From the NCBI GenBank assembly GCA_043228905.1, contig JBHGNT010000015.1, positions 19,902,001 through 19,966,000 of the forward strand: a stretch of DNA of 64,000 nucleotides. The letters are read 5' to 3'. Positions 25,201 through 38,500 of the stretch are shown piece by piece. The translations under genes were made by a program, and so were the position numbers. The notes under the pieces were generated by a model that saw only the letters and a list, made by a program, of their open reading frames with translations, was not told where the DNA came from and did no database searches. Positions within the stretch are counted from its first letter, which is position 1; each line of letters opens with the position of its first letter. Source of the DNA: Azolla caroliniana (lineage: Eukaryota > Plantae > Polypodiophyta).

Positions 25201-28200
25201 GAGATCTGTATATTTCGAGAAATTATGAAGAGTAGCTGGCAAGCAGAGCCTATACAAAGGCAGATGATGGGCACATAAGATGGTCATGCCATGAGACTTT
25301 GGAGAAAGCAAAACCAGCACCTCGTATTGGGATATTGCTTGAATGAGCAGTTATTATGTCGTGCTCTAGCCATCCCAGGATCTGCAGATCATCACTTAGA
25401 AGCTACAGCTTGCATCCGAGAATACACATTATCATTTCCGAGATTGATGTAATATGGCATCACACAGGATGATATTGATGTCATATGGCATCATCTGATG
25501 CGTATTCATGAGCTAATCTGCTAAGATTCTCATCTCCTAGATACGCTTATATTTATTTGGTAAAGTTGTACTTTCAGCATTACTTGTATGCATGGCTCCT
25601 ATATCATTATACTTTCATCACAGCCTACTTATAATGGGAAGCAACATAGTTTGGGTACAATTTATCTTTGTTTCCTTTCATAAGACTTCTATAAGAATCA
25701 TAAAGTTTGACCTTTTGAAGACTTGTACCCATGGCTCCTATATCATTATACTTTGATCACGGCCTACTCACACAGGGAAGCTACACAGTTAGGCATAATT
25801 TATTTTTTGCTTACTCTTACCAGACAATGTTGACGATCATCTGAATGTTAACTTTTGATTTTATATGTCTGTTTGGCATTTTGAAGTCGTCAATATAATA
25901 TTTCATTTCTCTGTCTAGAACCCAATTATATATTGGAGGATTGCATGCAGTCGCTTACCTTGCCATCTTTTGCTTTGGTAAAGTTTGGAAATCCATGGAC
26001 GGAGCCAGAATCAATGGATCTGAGGACCTGACAATGGCAAAGCTCTTTTTGGTCTTTATTTCTCTCTCTTTTTCACACGCTCTCCTTCTTTCATTTTTTT
26101 AATAACAGACATCTGATTCGTAGTAGAGCTTTCTCTTTTCATTTTACTTTATTTTTGCTTCAGTTTATGAAACTTCTATAATATTTACATGGATGTAATT
26201 TTTGGCCTCATAGGTCCCTTTGGCCTTGTGAAGATGTTAATGTAAAATTTTGATTAATAAATTTAATGGAATTAGGGTTTTATTAGTATAATTGATTGAA
26301 TTAGCCTTTCAATTAGCATTAACTAGGGATTTGATAAGTCCAATACTAGATTTTCTGTTGATTTGCTAACCATTTCTGGTATGGACTAATTCAAATCTTC
26401 ACATTATCCACTAATTTTCAATCATACAACATGATTAATCATTGCTAAAGAATAGGGGAAATCAATACTGAAATTTGAATAAAAGTTTCCTGTTATGAGT
26501 CAAAACAGAAATGAAATAAACAAAACCCACCTGAATATGCCAATTTTTCGGACAGTTCTCATCATGATAAGAAACACTATGCCAATCCTTATCTTCAACA
26601 TTAAAGTGGAAATTTCTATAACCACGAATGGTCCTTTTCAACTTGGATAAGATTTTCTGTCTCTTCAACGTTTTCTGCCAGCATTGCTCAAAACTTTTCA
26701 AAACATCATATGCAGCAGGCCCTTCAATCTTGCAATGCAAGTCATGCCACGGTTGCCTTGGGCCTTCACTTTCAGATACCTGATCAATTTTCAGTCAATT
26801 ATCATCGTGTGTTAATATGTGCAAGTTTTCCTATAGCATTGTTAAATTTGTGATCACTTTAAAAAAAAAATGGTATGATTCAACCATAAAATACTTACAT
26901 GAAATGTGCGGTTGTAGAAATCTCCATTAAACGTAGTATCCAAATTAGTGAACAAGGAATGTTGAGGAGTATCATAGCGTCCCTTACAAAGATCTAGGCC
27001 ACCTAAGAAAGCTACTATGTGTCTAGTATCTCCGTCGCCTTTTACATCCACGAGTACTAATTTTTTATGATGAGAATAAAGAGTTTCAACAACCTGCGGC
27101 ATTTACAAAATGATTGGCATGGGTAAATCGTTTTTGATACCATGTAAGCCTTCACTGTAGATTTCGTGTACACTTTGATAGTAGAGTGTCTACTTAAGTG
27201 TAAACCCATATTAAAGATATATGCCGCTTAGCTAACCTTTTTCTTAAACCAACTGATCTTATTGTGACCACGGCGGCGAGCAAGTAAGCATGTAACTTTT
27301 GACTTATCAAAAAATCTTCTAGTTTGCTCATCATATGTATTCATGACACCATCCTGCAAAAAACATGATAATAACCTTAGATTCTGCAGAGAGTATCTGT
27401 AACATGGCCTTCTTTTCATTGGTAAGAAATATAATAATGCACAATCAAGAAAATAATAAATGACGGTTTAGAGCTTTTACATAAAGCACTGGTACGTGTT
27501 ACTTATCTTCACGTTATTTAAATACATGCATTTAATTCAGTATTATGTGATGCATTACTTTTTATCTTCCCAGCTCCATCATATTCTATGGTTTTAACAA
27601 GTTTGGCTTTTGGGGGATGTGTCCTACACATGCATAACATATGGTCTATAGCAATCTAGACCATAGCATGATCATTGTAACGCATTCTACCCATTGGAAA
27701 AATATTTATATATCCTAAATCTAGTGCCTTCATCTTTAATAAGTCTCGTTGTCCCTGATTGGGAGCTATGCCCAAAAGCATACAAGTTAGTAAGACCACA
27801 ATAATGAGAACCCAAATGGATTGAAACGGAGGAGCAGTTTCTCGGGACTTGAATGAATTATTAAAGAAGTTAGTTTCTAGGAGGTAGGTTGATTTGGCCA
27901 AACTTGATAATTTAGCAAACTGATTATATTTGGAGTTAGATCAGCCTAGGAGGCCAATATTCATTAAGTTTCCAAGGGTCTAACACTCCTGGAATGTATT
28001 CAACGAGGCAGTTTGGCATTTTGAAAAACAAGAGAGTTCCTTACATTTTGAAAAATAGGATGTGATGTATAATCATCCCAGACAAACAATAAGACTTGCA
28101 CACCATCTTGAGCAGCCTTTTCCTTCAACAGATTTCCCAAGGTTTTAGAAGGTGCCGAGGGATCATTATTTCGCACCAGTTTTACTGGTGTATATATAGA

Positions 28201-28923
28201 CCATCCTGCAATATAGACCAAATGATTGGCATCTATGATAGCCTTGGAGATATCTGCCCAGCATTTGGAATGCTCAAACTTTATACCTTCATCCAGATCA
28301 ATTTCTGGTAGACATCCGTCAGGTACATCAGCATCTTGATAAAGTGTCAATAATCCACTTTTTCTAAGGGGAAAATAAGTGTTTGGTATGCCAGCGTATT
28401 TAGGGTTTTCACTAACACAAGATTTATATTGAGGATCATGTTCAACCGGAAGGTATTCCAAAGAAATTTCCAGTCTAGCACCACCTCTAATAGGTTTTCC
28501 ATCTTTATCCGTCAAAGCATAAGAGCGCTTCTCAATTTTAGAAGACAAACATGAAGCTTCAATTTTCACGGATGCAATAAAATCTGCTCCAATCACATCA
28601 TTGTCTTTGACTTGAAATTCTATCTCTCGAACTGAATGAGCTACCGGAATTTCAAAATGTTGCTCCCAGCAGGGGTTTGTTTCATTTGAAATGACATTAG
28701 TTCTTGCTACCTTCACATCTCCTAGCGACATACAAACATAAGGGTCACTGGTGATTTTATGATTGATGCAGTTGGAGCCTTGAACAACTTTCTTGCATGG
28801 AGCAAACACTGTTAGACATTGTCTTATGGTCTCAGAAAACCTATCCATGTTTGGGAGATTAGTTGCGGAATGGATGCACACAAGCAGCGTCCCATGAAGC
28901 AAGACCGACACTTCTTCACCCAT
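19402..28923 (-). CDS. PLD: Phospholipase D, C2-type, delta-like (~822 aa, 10 coding exons)
   Basis: GT-AG, phase-consistent exons: 28923-28045, 27353-27237, 27093-26899, 26779-26531, 26027-25959, 21994-21847, 21637-21489, 21378-21211, 20543-20346, 19698-19402. Motifs: C2 domain (LHGTL..LPNMD..SDPY), HKD1 [17 protein letters not shown] and HKD2 [17 protein letters not shown]. The start ATG is uncertain because upstream exon(s) are possible. Confidence 0.93.
22164..22235. repeat. (CT)n microsatellite in PLD intron 5
   Basis: About 36 CT units. Confidence 0.95.
22469..24930 (+). mobile_element. Internally deleted Ty1/copia LTR retrotransposon in PLD intron 5
   Basis: 5' LTR from tgtcgaggaaatgagcccc (22469-~22983), then a decayed PBS. 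Gag remnant [18 protein letters not shown] at ~23025. RNase H remnant [32 protein letters not shown] at ~24530-24700. PPT-like caagtggacgat precedes a truncated 3' LTR tgtgaaggaaataagcccc (24821). Confidence 0.85.
23230..24460 (-). mobile_element. Nested truncated LTR retrotransposon (LTR 24460-24053, PBS, internal leader)
   Basis: TGTTA...TAACA-bounded 408-bp LTR homologous to 46884-47347. On the minus strand it is followed by tatggtattagag (tRNA-iMet-type PBS, consensus TGGTATCAGAG). The lower boundary is approximate. Confidence 0.75.
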
Positions 28924-29898
28924 TTCAGAATTGGCAATGGATGAGGGAGGATCCTTTATGCAATAAAGTTGTGCAAAACAGTCTTCCACACCAGCCAACT
29001 GAATGGCAGTCGATCAAAGATGCAACACTCCTCTAGCACTTGCAATGCCAGAAGCATTAAAAGTTGAATCTACAATCTCATCTGGCAACCAGCCAAATCT
29101 TATATCAATCTTAAATCAACCAAGTGTAGTGTGCCACTTGCAATACCGATAGTCATGTTGGAAGGATTTATGAGGTGAATCTCAGTGGATAGAAGTAACA
29201 AGGCCACATTGCAACTTGGCATGAAAACATACTGATTCACAGTCTCTAACACAGTGAATAGAATCTCGATGGAATGTAGGAGGAAGGCTACTAATCTGTC
29301 ACTTGCAATATCCAAAGTATGGAGATGAACAAGTTGCTTAAGTCTCTGTGGAGGAACTAACACTTGTATATGCAGAAAAGGGGAAACCCTAGAATACACG
29401 TGTAGGAATGTCCCATTGATGAGATATCTCCATTAAATGAGTAAATTCATGATGCTACTAAACTAGCTAAGCAAAAGAAAACAGTGGAAGGAAGGTGGAT
29501 ACAGATGTCAAGCAATGGCGAAGAATTGCAAGCTGTGCCTTAAAACAGAAAGGGGGGGGGGAAACACAATTTGAGCATGAATGTATGGTCAATGGAGGAG
29601 AATGCATACCTGGAGAGAAGAAGACGAAGCTCCATAAATTTCTGTGCAGGCAGAGACCAAGTCAAGCTTGACTTTCTATCCACCAAGAAGTAGAGGAAGC
29701 TGGAAAAGGTAGCATTTGCTTTTTTTCCTGGTCTTCCACCCCTTTTTGTTATGTCCCAAGAATATGATTAGAGTCATAGATTAACAAATGCGTGACATTC
29801 GTGACATTCTCCATGCCTGATATTCGCAATATTCGAGCATAAGAAATGGCCCTGCGAATATTATAAAACCATTCGTTTTGCAAAATAAATATACAAAC

Positions 29899-29930
<32 letters not shown>

Positions 29931-30539
29931 TAAAAATAAATCAATTTAATTCACTAAAAAAAGAACAATCATTCATTAATAGATTATAACTCATTAATAG
30001 ATTATAAAAAATATGATTAGTATTTAATTCCCCTTTATCACTAGTGTGAAATAAAAAAGGGGAGAGTTTATGAACCTTTATTTTTTTTATTTTTTTTTTA
30101 TTTTTTTATTTTAGAGTTATGTGCCAAATTTATGGTTAGCCTTGTTACACACAAGAGCACACGATGGAGACCAAAACTCGGGGGGCAAAATGCTTTTATA
30201 TGATATATAATTTAAGAAGGTTACAAAACAATCAAAACCAATGCATGAGTTGGGACGATTCGGAACAAATCTAAAATTATCCAAGAGGGAGGGAGAGAGA
30301 GAGAGAGCACCACACACCCCCCTGTGCAAATGAGTGAATCAAAGAATGAGTATGATCATCCATGCCCTTTCCTTATATAAAGCCAAATATGGTCGTCAGT
30401 GACTAGTTGTTGGGTAGCCTGTTGGGACTCTGGGTTGGGATAACCTGTAGTGGCGCCCCTTTGGGATTGGGATTCGGCTCTCCGATGAGTCCCTATCAAT
30501 TTTGAGACACTATAATAGTTGCTACAGATTGAGGACACC

Positions 30540-30960
30540 ACACTTGTACCACTTGTATGGATTGGTTCTCCCTTGCATGTCAAAAAGGGACTAGTGCTTT
30601 GGTTGTATTGCCATCATTGTTCTTTTTTTTTTCTCCGTGTTAATAGTTGGCCCATTGATTATATACAATGTTTCCAAACACAACGACTAAGTGTTGTATA
30701 CCATTCAAAGTATCTGAGAGTAATACATCATTGATCGACATGTAGGATGATAAAAATAAGTTATTTCTTGCATGTGTCGTGGGCCATCTAATCCTCCTAT
30801 TGCAACCTTGTTTACTATTTCTTCTACTTTGTCAATGCAAGGACCAAAGAGTGTGGGACTGTGGGAGAGGGTGGACACCCTCCCTTGACCCCCCATGTTG
30901 CTCAAGAAACCATGTGTGTTTTCAATTAGCACCAAAATTGCTGACATAGTCCAGCTTGCA
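30540..30960 (-). mobile_element. Decayed LINE reverse-transcriptase fragment
   Basis: The minus strand encodes broken GVKGGCP..PTLFGPCIDKVEE (GVKQGCPLSPTLF motif) followed by a decayed YADD region. It appears to be the same family as the 11595 fragment. Confidence 0.6.
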
Positions 30961-31744
30961 CCTACTCAATACTCTAATAACATTTCGATCTCTACCTTTC
31001 TTTTTCAATGCATATTTCGTGTACAGTGTCAAATACTTTCTTAATCTCCCTTGAAGTCAACTTTCTTCCATAAAGACCTTTAGTGCAACCAAATAATGGT
31101 CGATGGAAGGAGACAAATATTGTATAACAATATCTAATTTGAAGACACTTCCTAGGTTGACATTACATCCTAATGATGACTTTTTTGTGGTCTTTAGTTA
31201 TTGAAATTAACGATGATGATGATCCAGTAAAAAGGGTGCTCATTTTCCAAAGGTTGAGGTAGCTTTATGCAAATAAATTTTTAACATGAAAAATATTACA
31301 ATTTTGTTATGTAAAATTATATGTTTGCCACTCATTTTCACACAAATTTGAACATAACCTATTTCCCATTGATATTCTCGTCGATAATTGTTTCACTCAG
31401 AATCCCTCTCTTTTATGAGTTATGTCGCATCATTTGTTGTCTTCAATGAATTTCTCGTATTTAAGCATAGATATTATGTATATCATAAATTACTTTACAA
31501 ATTTACTCCAAGTTCATGCACATTGCACATTTCGAACACAGACATCATCATATTTTCGCAATGCTTTTCACTTTGACGTTCTAACTTTTCTAGAAAGCAA
31601 TGAGGGAAAATACCTTAGAAAAAGTTAATGCAACATACTCGATATGTTTGAAGCATTTGGCTTTGTAAAAAGGTACTTGGGAGATAAAGAGAGTTAGTTT
31701 TAGAGAGAGAGGGAGGGACGGGAGAGAGAGAGAGAGAGGCTCTA

Positions 31745-33200
31745 TTTTTCAACACTTGGGCTATCCATTAGGAATGAATGTTACAAATGGTCAATTGATT
31801 AAATGGATGTCTAGTAAGTTGAGGGATAAGTTCATGTATTGGAAGTCACAATCTTGGACATTTCATGTACCGTTGAAGGTTGTACAATGTATTATGGAAC
31901 CCATGATATTACATTACTTGCCATTTTTGCCATGGACAAACAAGGCTTTGCATTATGTTTTGCAACCTCTTCGATATTTGTTGTGGAAAAAGAGGGATAA
32001 GATGGGAATCACTTGGGTTGCGTGGAATCATCTAGCAATCCCTAAGCGCTTGGGGGGAGCTGGAATATTGAACTTATCTATGCATATGATGGCTCGTAGA
32101 TTTTCATTATTACAAGACATGTGCTCAAACTCACAACCATGGATATCTATTGTTTAATATTTCATTGAGAACAGGGGTTTAACACACGAGAGGACAACAA
32201 TTAAGGCTTCATGGTGGCAATTACTGAATGGATGTATTTCACTTATGATTTCTGGGCTCTTCATGTGTTCAACACTTGGTTACCTCATGGCAAGAAGCGC
32301 TCTTGTTATGTGTATGGAAACCATCATCTAGTAGAGAGCATTGTAATTCTTTACAAAAAGAGTTACTTGTGTCTTCTCGATTATTATGTTGGCCAGGAAA
32401 TGAGAGATTGCACTCTCAATTTAATTGTTTGTTTCATTTAGGGGTCAAAGAGGTGGGAGATATAGTTTAGGCTCCATCTCAAAGAATTTTGGAGTTTGTT
32501 GAAGAGCAACAATTATTACACATCCCGCATAATTATGGGTTTATTTGGCAACAACTACAAAATATTGCATTGATGCAAGGTACCTTACCTCTACAAATAG
32601 GAGAACAATTGTGGATTGATTGGTGTTTACGGGGTCAAACGTCATTGTTACAAGTGCCAACTAATCTTTTGTATCATTGCTTTGTTTAGTCTCTTGGATG
32701 GCTATCATCTAAGGTTGAAGAAGAATGGAAAATACACAAATATGATTATGGGTCGTGACAGATCTTACAATGTAGTTGGCATTCTAAATTGCCACTTGTA
32801 GCAGAGGTCTTCATTTGGAGAGTTTTGGTTGGAGGATTGCCTTTGGGATTAGCTCTAAAGCGTCGTGGACTAGCAACGGGTAATTGCTTTTTTTGCACTG
32901 TTCAAATGGAAGATAATACTCATCAATTTATACAATGTCCGATTGTTTGTCTGATTTGGAGTTACATTTCTCAAATTTGACAAGCTTTATCATGGTGTTA
33001 TTTGACACCTCGACAGTGGGTGTTTGCACAATTTACACAGGTTGACCCAAAATGAGTGATGGAGATCATTTTTCTATTTCTGAGATATTGGAGATTGCAT
33101 CATAATTGGAACATGCGCAATGCTTTTGTATTTGATGGTAGACACGAAGGGAAAGCATATCTACGAAAGTTGAAGGGAGTAATAATGTGACAATTTTCTT
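31745..33200 (+). mobile_element. Degenerate L1-like LINE ORF2 3' half
   Basis: Motifs LGYPLG, W..LAIPKRLGGAGILNL and zf-RVT FIWRVLVGGLPL..CFFCTVQMEDNTHQFIQCP. Multiple stops and frameshifts. Confidence 0.85.
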
Positions 33201-33396
33201 TATTAGAGCAAGTGTAAATTCTTTCCTCAGTGTAGTGTTTGTATTGCCTATTGGCAATTCAACATGTTCCACTACCCATGTATTGTAGATAGTGGGTAAC
33301 CATACTCCATTGTCACACCCATTGTAAGTAGTGTTTTTTACACATAGTTATTAATAGAATTGTGTGTTTTCACAAGAGAAAGAAAGAGAGAGATAT

Positions 33397-34632
33397 GGAT
33401 GTAACTCAATTGGTAAGGTTGCCCAATGGAGACTAGGTGGTCATGGGTTCAACCCCTACATTCCACAGTGGCATCTAGTGAATTAAGATATATATATATA
33501 TATGAAGTATATAATAGAAAGAAGTGAGAAAATTGGGTTTTGAACCCAAGACACAGTGCTTGTAGTGTTAACAACTTACCATTAGGGTAAGCTAATTACA
33601 AGAGAGAAAGAGAGAGAGCAAAGGTCACATATCAACTATGAAGAGAGAGAACTCTCCAAGGTCACATATCATCATATTTGCCATTTGAATTGGTGTTTAA
33701 GGTGGGATTAAGTTCGTGGTCGAAGTCATCGTATTTAGATCCATAGAAGGGTTCTATACTTTGTGTAAGCTAGTTATGTTGGTGTTTTTTTCTTTTCTAT
33801 TGAAAGTCATTATTTAAGAATTTTTGAGATAAAATATCATGCACTTAAAGGATTATAAATATATAGTGAGTTTGTGAACGCTAATTGTGGGATTCAACAT
33901 TATTTGGAAGTCATCGTATTTAGATCCATAGAAGGGTTCTATACTTTGTGTAAGCTAGTTATGTTGGTGTTTTTTATTTTCTATTGAAAGTCATTATTTA
34001 AGAAATTTTGAGATAAAATATCATGCGCTTAAAGGATTATAAATATATAGTGAGTTTGTGAACGCTAATTGTGAGATTCAACATTATTTGGAGATTGGAT
34101 GCCCATGCTTTGACACCAAAGAAAAATCACAATGGATGTAGCTCAGGTGGTAAGGTTGCCCAATGGAGACTAGGTGGTCATGGGTTCAACCCCTACATTC
34201 CATAATGGCATCTAGTGAATTCAGAGATATATATGAAGTATATAATATAGAGAAGGGGGAAAATTGGGTTTTCAACCCAAGACGCAGTGCTTGTAGTCTT
34301 AACAACTTACCACTAGGGTAAGCTAATTACAAGAGAGAGAGAGCAAAGGTCACATATCATCATATTTGCCATTTGAAATGGTGTTTAAGGTGGGATTAAG
34401 TTCGTGGTCGAAGTCATTGTATTTAGATCCATAGAAGGGTTCTATACTTTGTTGTAAGTTCTATTCGTGTTTTTTTCGTTTCTATTGAAAGTCATTATTT
34501 AAGAAATTTTGAGATAAAATATCATGCACTTAAAGGATTATAAATATATAGTGACTTTGTGAATGCTAATTGTGAGATTCAACATTATTTGGAGATTGTA
34601 AGCCCATGCTTTGACACTAAAGAAAAATCACA
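33397..34632. repeat. Complex tandem duplication containing two pairs of convergent tRNA-like (SINE-like) heads
   Basis: Block X occurs at 33397-33600 and 34134-34340. Block Y (gaagtcatcgtatttagatccatagaagggttc...) occurs three times, at ~33722, 33908 and 34410. Confidence 0.85.
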
Positions 34633-35503
34633 TGGGAAGTACTCGCAAATACACGTGAGAGGCTTATAACAACTAAGGCATCGAACCATCGATTGTAGAC
34701 TGCCCACACCGATTTCTCGATTGATCCAAAGAATAATAAAAGGAGAAGTACTTCACGATGGCACGCGAAGAGGTCCACAACAACGAAGGCACAAAAACAT
34801 TGATCGTAGACTCACTACACAGACTCGCTGATTTAATCCGTTCTTGTTCCCTTTTGCATTTATCTCTCTTCTTATCATATTTCAAGTTTTGACGTACGGA
34901 AAATCCTGTCAATACTAGAAGCCATTTGCAACTGCGAAAGTCTATAACCACTTTTCCCATCAAACACGTAATCTCGTGGTTTGTGATAGAAGGCAAATCC
35001 CATGATGCCCATATGACAATTCCTTCTTTCGTCTTTGTACCACACCAAGTAACGATTTGTATGTCTAGTTGTATCGGAAACTAGTGCCCAAAATCACACA
35101 CAAAATATCTGGAATACATTAGCCCCATATAACACTATTTTCTGCATTATGTTTTTGGGTGATCCTAGAAAACATTACAATTGACATATATATTTAGCTT
35201 TAACCTCTTAACTTAAAGAGGTATCTTTTGCTAGAAAGAAAGATAGAACTGATGATGAATGGTTCATCCTCACATGGCTATGTTGCTGCCACAGGCTGTT
35301 TATGATCTCTGCAGGATCATCTGTTTCATGGAAGTGTTAACTAAAACTTGCAACTTTTGCTAGATAGAGATGATGATGGTTCATCCTCTGTTTCATACAC
35401 ATCCTGATGGGATGGATAGATTCATGCGTCCTCACATGGATATGTTGCTGCCACAGGCTCCCTATGATCTCTGCAGGATCACCTTTGGGTTTTCCTCAGT
35501 TTC

Positions 35504-38500
35504 ATGGAAGTGCCAACTAAACTTGCAATAATGGAAGTGACTGTTACACATCCATCGTCAGTTTGGACAAGTACCACCCCTTTCCAAAATGGAAGAAAAA
35601 GCCCTGTTCAATATGATGTAGAAAACAATGCTCAAATTTATGTAAAAATCAATGATGTAAAAAGTAATTCCCTGAGCGATGTGAAAAGCAATGGCCGGAA
35701 AGATGTAAAACGCAATGCCCCAAAGACCGTAGAAAGAAATGCTCAAAGTGATGTAAAACGCAATGCTGAAGCTTTGAGCTTTGATTCTCCTTCCAAAACT
35801 CCAGGATTCTATATGCACGAAAACGATGTGATATATTTTTCGAAGCTTCTATCAATAGAGACATTCGTAGGCATCTTATGCAAATGTAGAGTGAAGAGGA
35901 ATTCTACATATGCCCAACTTATTTACTTTCACTTGTGTTTCCATGGGCTGGATTGTCACAAAGCTCTAAGAGGCATGATAATGTTAACATTTGTGGAATG
36001 TGGAAGGACTAAAGATGCAGAGAGAGTCTTTTACAGACACATGGAAGGAAACTCTAGTTTTTGGTGCTCCCTTCTGGAAGTCTGTCTTACTCTTGGAGAA
36101 TATGATCTTGCCTTTGAGCTAGTTCCTGAAATGGAACATGATTATGTCCTTATGGACACGAATGCGATTCAATCCTTGCTAAAATCTTGTGCTAAACGCC
36201 GATATATACGACAAGGTCGATCCATACATGCTCATATTGTTAGCGAAGGTATGGAAGAAGATGGTTTAATAGGTAGCAGCATTGTTGAGATGTATGCAAA
36301 TTGTGGTGCACTTTCTGAAGCTCGAGATGTATTTGATGAAATACCCATTCGAGATGTGGTCACATTGACAATATTGAGTTCAGCGTATGCTGATCATGGA
36401 TTCGACCGAGATGCATCATATTTCTTAGAACAAATACGAATGGAGGATGTAGTCCCTAATGTTGGCATGCTATTATGTAGCTTAAAAGCATGTAAGAAGA
36501 CCAGATCTGTGGGTAAGGGCAGAGAATTACATATTCAGATATCTAAATGGGGCCTTGAATCCAACACTTTCATTGGAAGTGCTTTACTAGATATGTATGC
36601 CAAATGTGGCCTCCTTGCAGAAGCACACCATGTTTTTGATGGGATTTTGTCCAGAGATGTGATCTCATGGACTGCATTGATTGCTGGCTATGCAGACAAT
36701 GGACATATAACTTCAGCTTTGCATTGTCTTGAAAAGATGAAAACTGAAGGTGTGTTCCCAAATTCTGTAACATTTCTATGTATTTTGAGAGGATGCACAA
36801 ACATAACGACAATAGCAAGAGGCCAAGAAGTACATCTGGAGGCTGTGAAAGAGGAGTTTGAGAAGGATCCTGTTATAGGTAGTGCTTTGGTTGACATGTA
36901 TGTTAAATGGGGCTCACTTGCTGAAGCACAAGCAGTATTTGAAGAGTTACCGGTTCGAGATGTTGTCTTGTGGACCACATTGATTGCAGGATATGCCGAA
37001 CAAGGACTTGATGAGGAGGTGTTGAAGTGTTTAGAGAAGGTGCAAGCAGAGGGGGTTTCTATGGATGCAATCATGTTCGTTCATAGTTTAAAAGCTTGTG
37101 GAAGTGTGGGAGCAATTAGAAGGGGTCAAAAAATCCATGCTGAAGTTGTGAAAGAAGGATTTGAACTTAATTCATTTGTTGGCAGTACACTGATGGACAT
37201 GTATGCTAAGAATGGGTTGCTTTTGGAAGCTCTAGAAATCTTTCATGAACTTCCCGAACGTGATGTTATCTCATGGACCACATTGATTACAGGTTATGTT
37301 GAGTATGAGCTACCTGATAAAGTGCGGGAAAGCTTGGAAGAGATGCAACAAGAGGGCATATTGCCGAGTGATGTCACACTTGCTTGTAGTTTACAAGCTT
37401 ATGGGAACTTTGGATTCATTGATGAAGGCTGTAAAGTACACATAGATATTGTCAAGAGAGGATTTGAAAGGGACCCCTTTGTTGCAAATGCTTTGCTTGC
37501 TTTATATGCTAAATGTGCTTTGATCGCAGAAGTGTGGAAAGTTTTTGATGATATGGCAGTTAAGGATGTGGTATCATGGAATACTTTAATCACATGCTTG
37601 GCTGAACAGGAGCTGAATAATGAAGCCTTGAAATTGTTAGAAGAAATGCAATTTGAAGGGATTTATCCTAATGATATCACAGTTCTTTGCTGCTTGAAAG
37701 CTTGTGGCTCACTTGGAGCCATAGAAATTGGTCGAGAAACTCACATGGTTATCACTAAGCTTGGATTGGAAAAGTATCCCTTTGTTTGGAATACGTTGGT
37801 TGATATGTATGCAAAGTGTGGATACTGTGCTGAAGTAAATGAACTTTTCAACAAGACACCTTCCCGAGATGTTGTCTCCTGGAATATTTTGTTGTCAGAA
37901 TTTGTTGAGCGCAAGCATTATGAGAAAGGCCTATACTGTCTGCAGGAGATGGAGGAAGATAAAGTGACACCAAATGTTGGGACCTTTGTCTATGGTTTGA
38001 AATGTTGTGGAAGCATACCATCTTTGGATGAAGGCCACATTCTATATACCAAGATTGTACGTCATGGATGTGAAGTGGATGATCTCCTTGGTGGTGCCTT
38101 GATTGAAATGTATGCTAAATGTGGTATGCTCATGGAAGCAAAAAACGTGTTTGATAGACTTCTATATAGGGATACAGCTTGGAATCCCCTTATTTCTGGG
38201 TATGCAGATAATGGGTTTGTTAATGAAGCACTCTCTTCTTATGATCTTATGCAAGCTGAGGGTACCCCTCCGGATGCTACTACTTTTATTTCAGTAGTGA
38301 AAACATGTGGCCTTACCGGCAGCATCAATAGGGGTAGGGAAGTGCACCTTTTGGCTGTGAAAGAGGGATTTGAAGATAATCCTTATGTGTTTAAGGTGTT
38401 GATAGACATGTATGCCAAATGTGCCTCTCTCATAGATGCACATTACTTGTTTCTGAGATTGGACAGCCGAGATTTAATTGTGTGGAGTGCGATAATCACG

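Noticed and set aside
33397-33465. Functional tRNA gene
   Set aside because: A/B boxes are present, but the anticodon and T stems pair poorly. Treated as SINE-like, as are 17815-17898 and 53497-53570.
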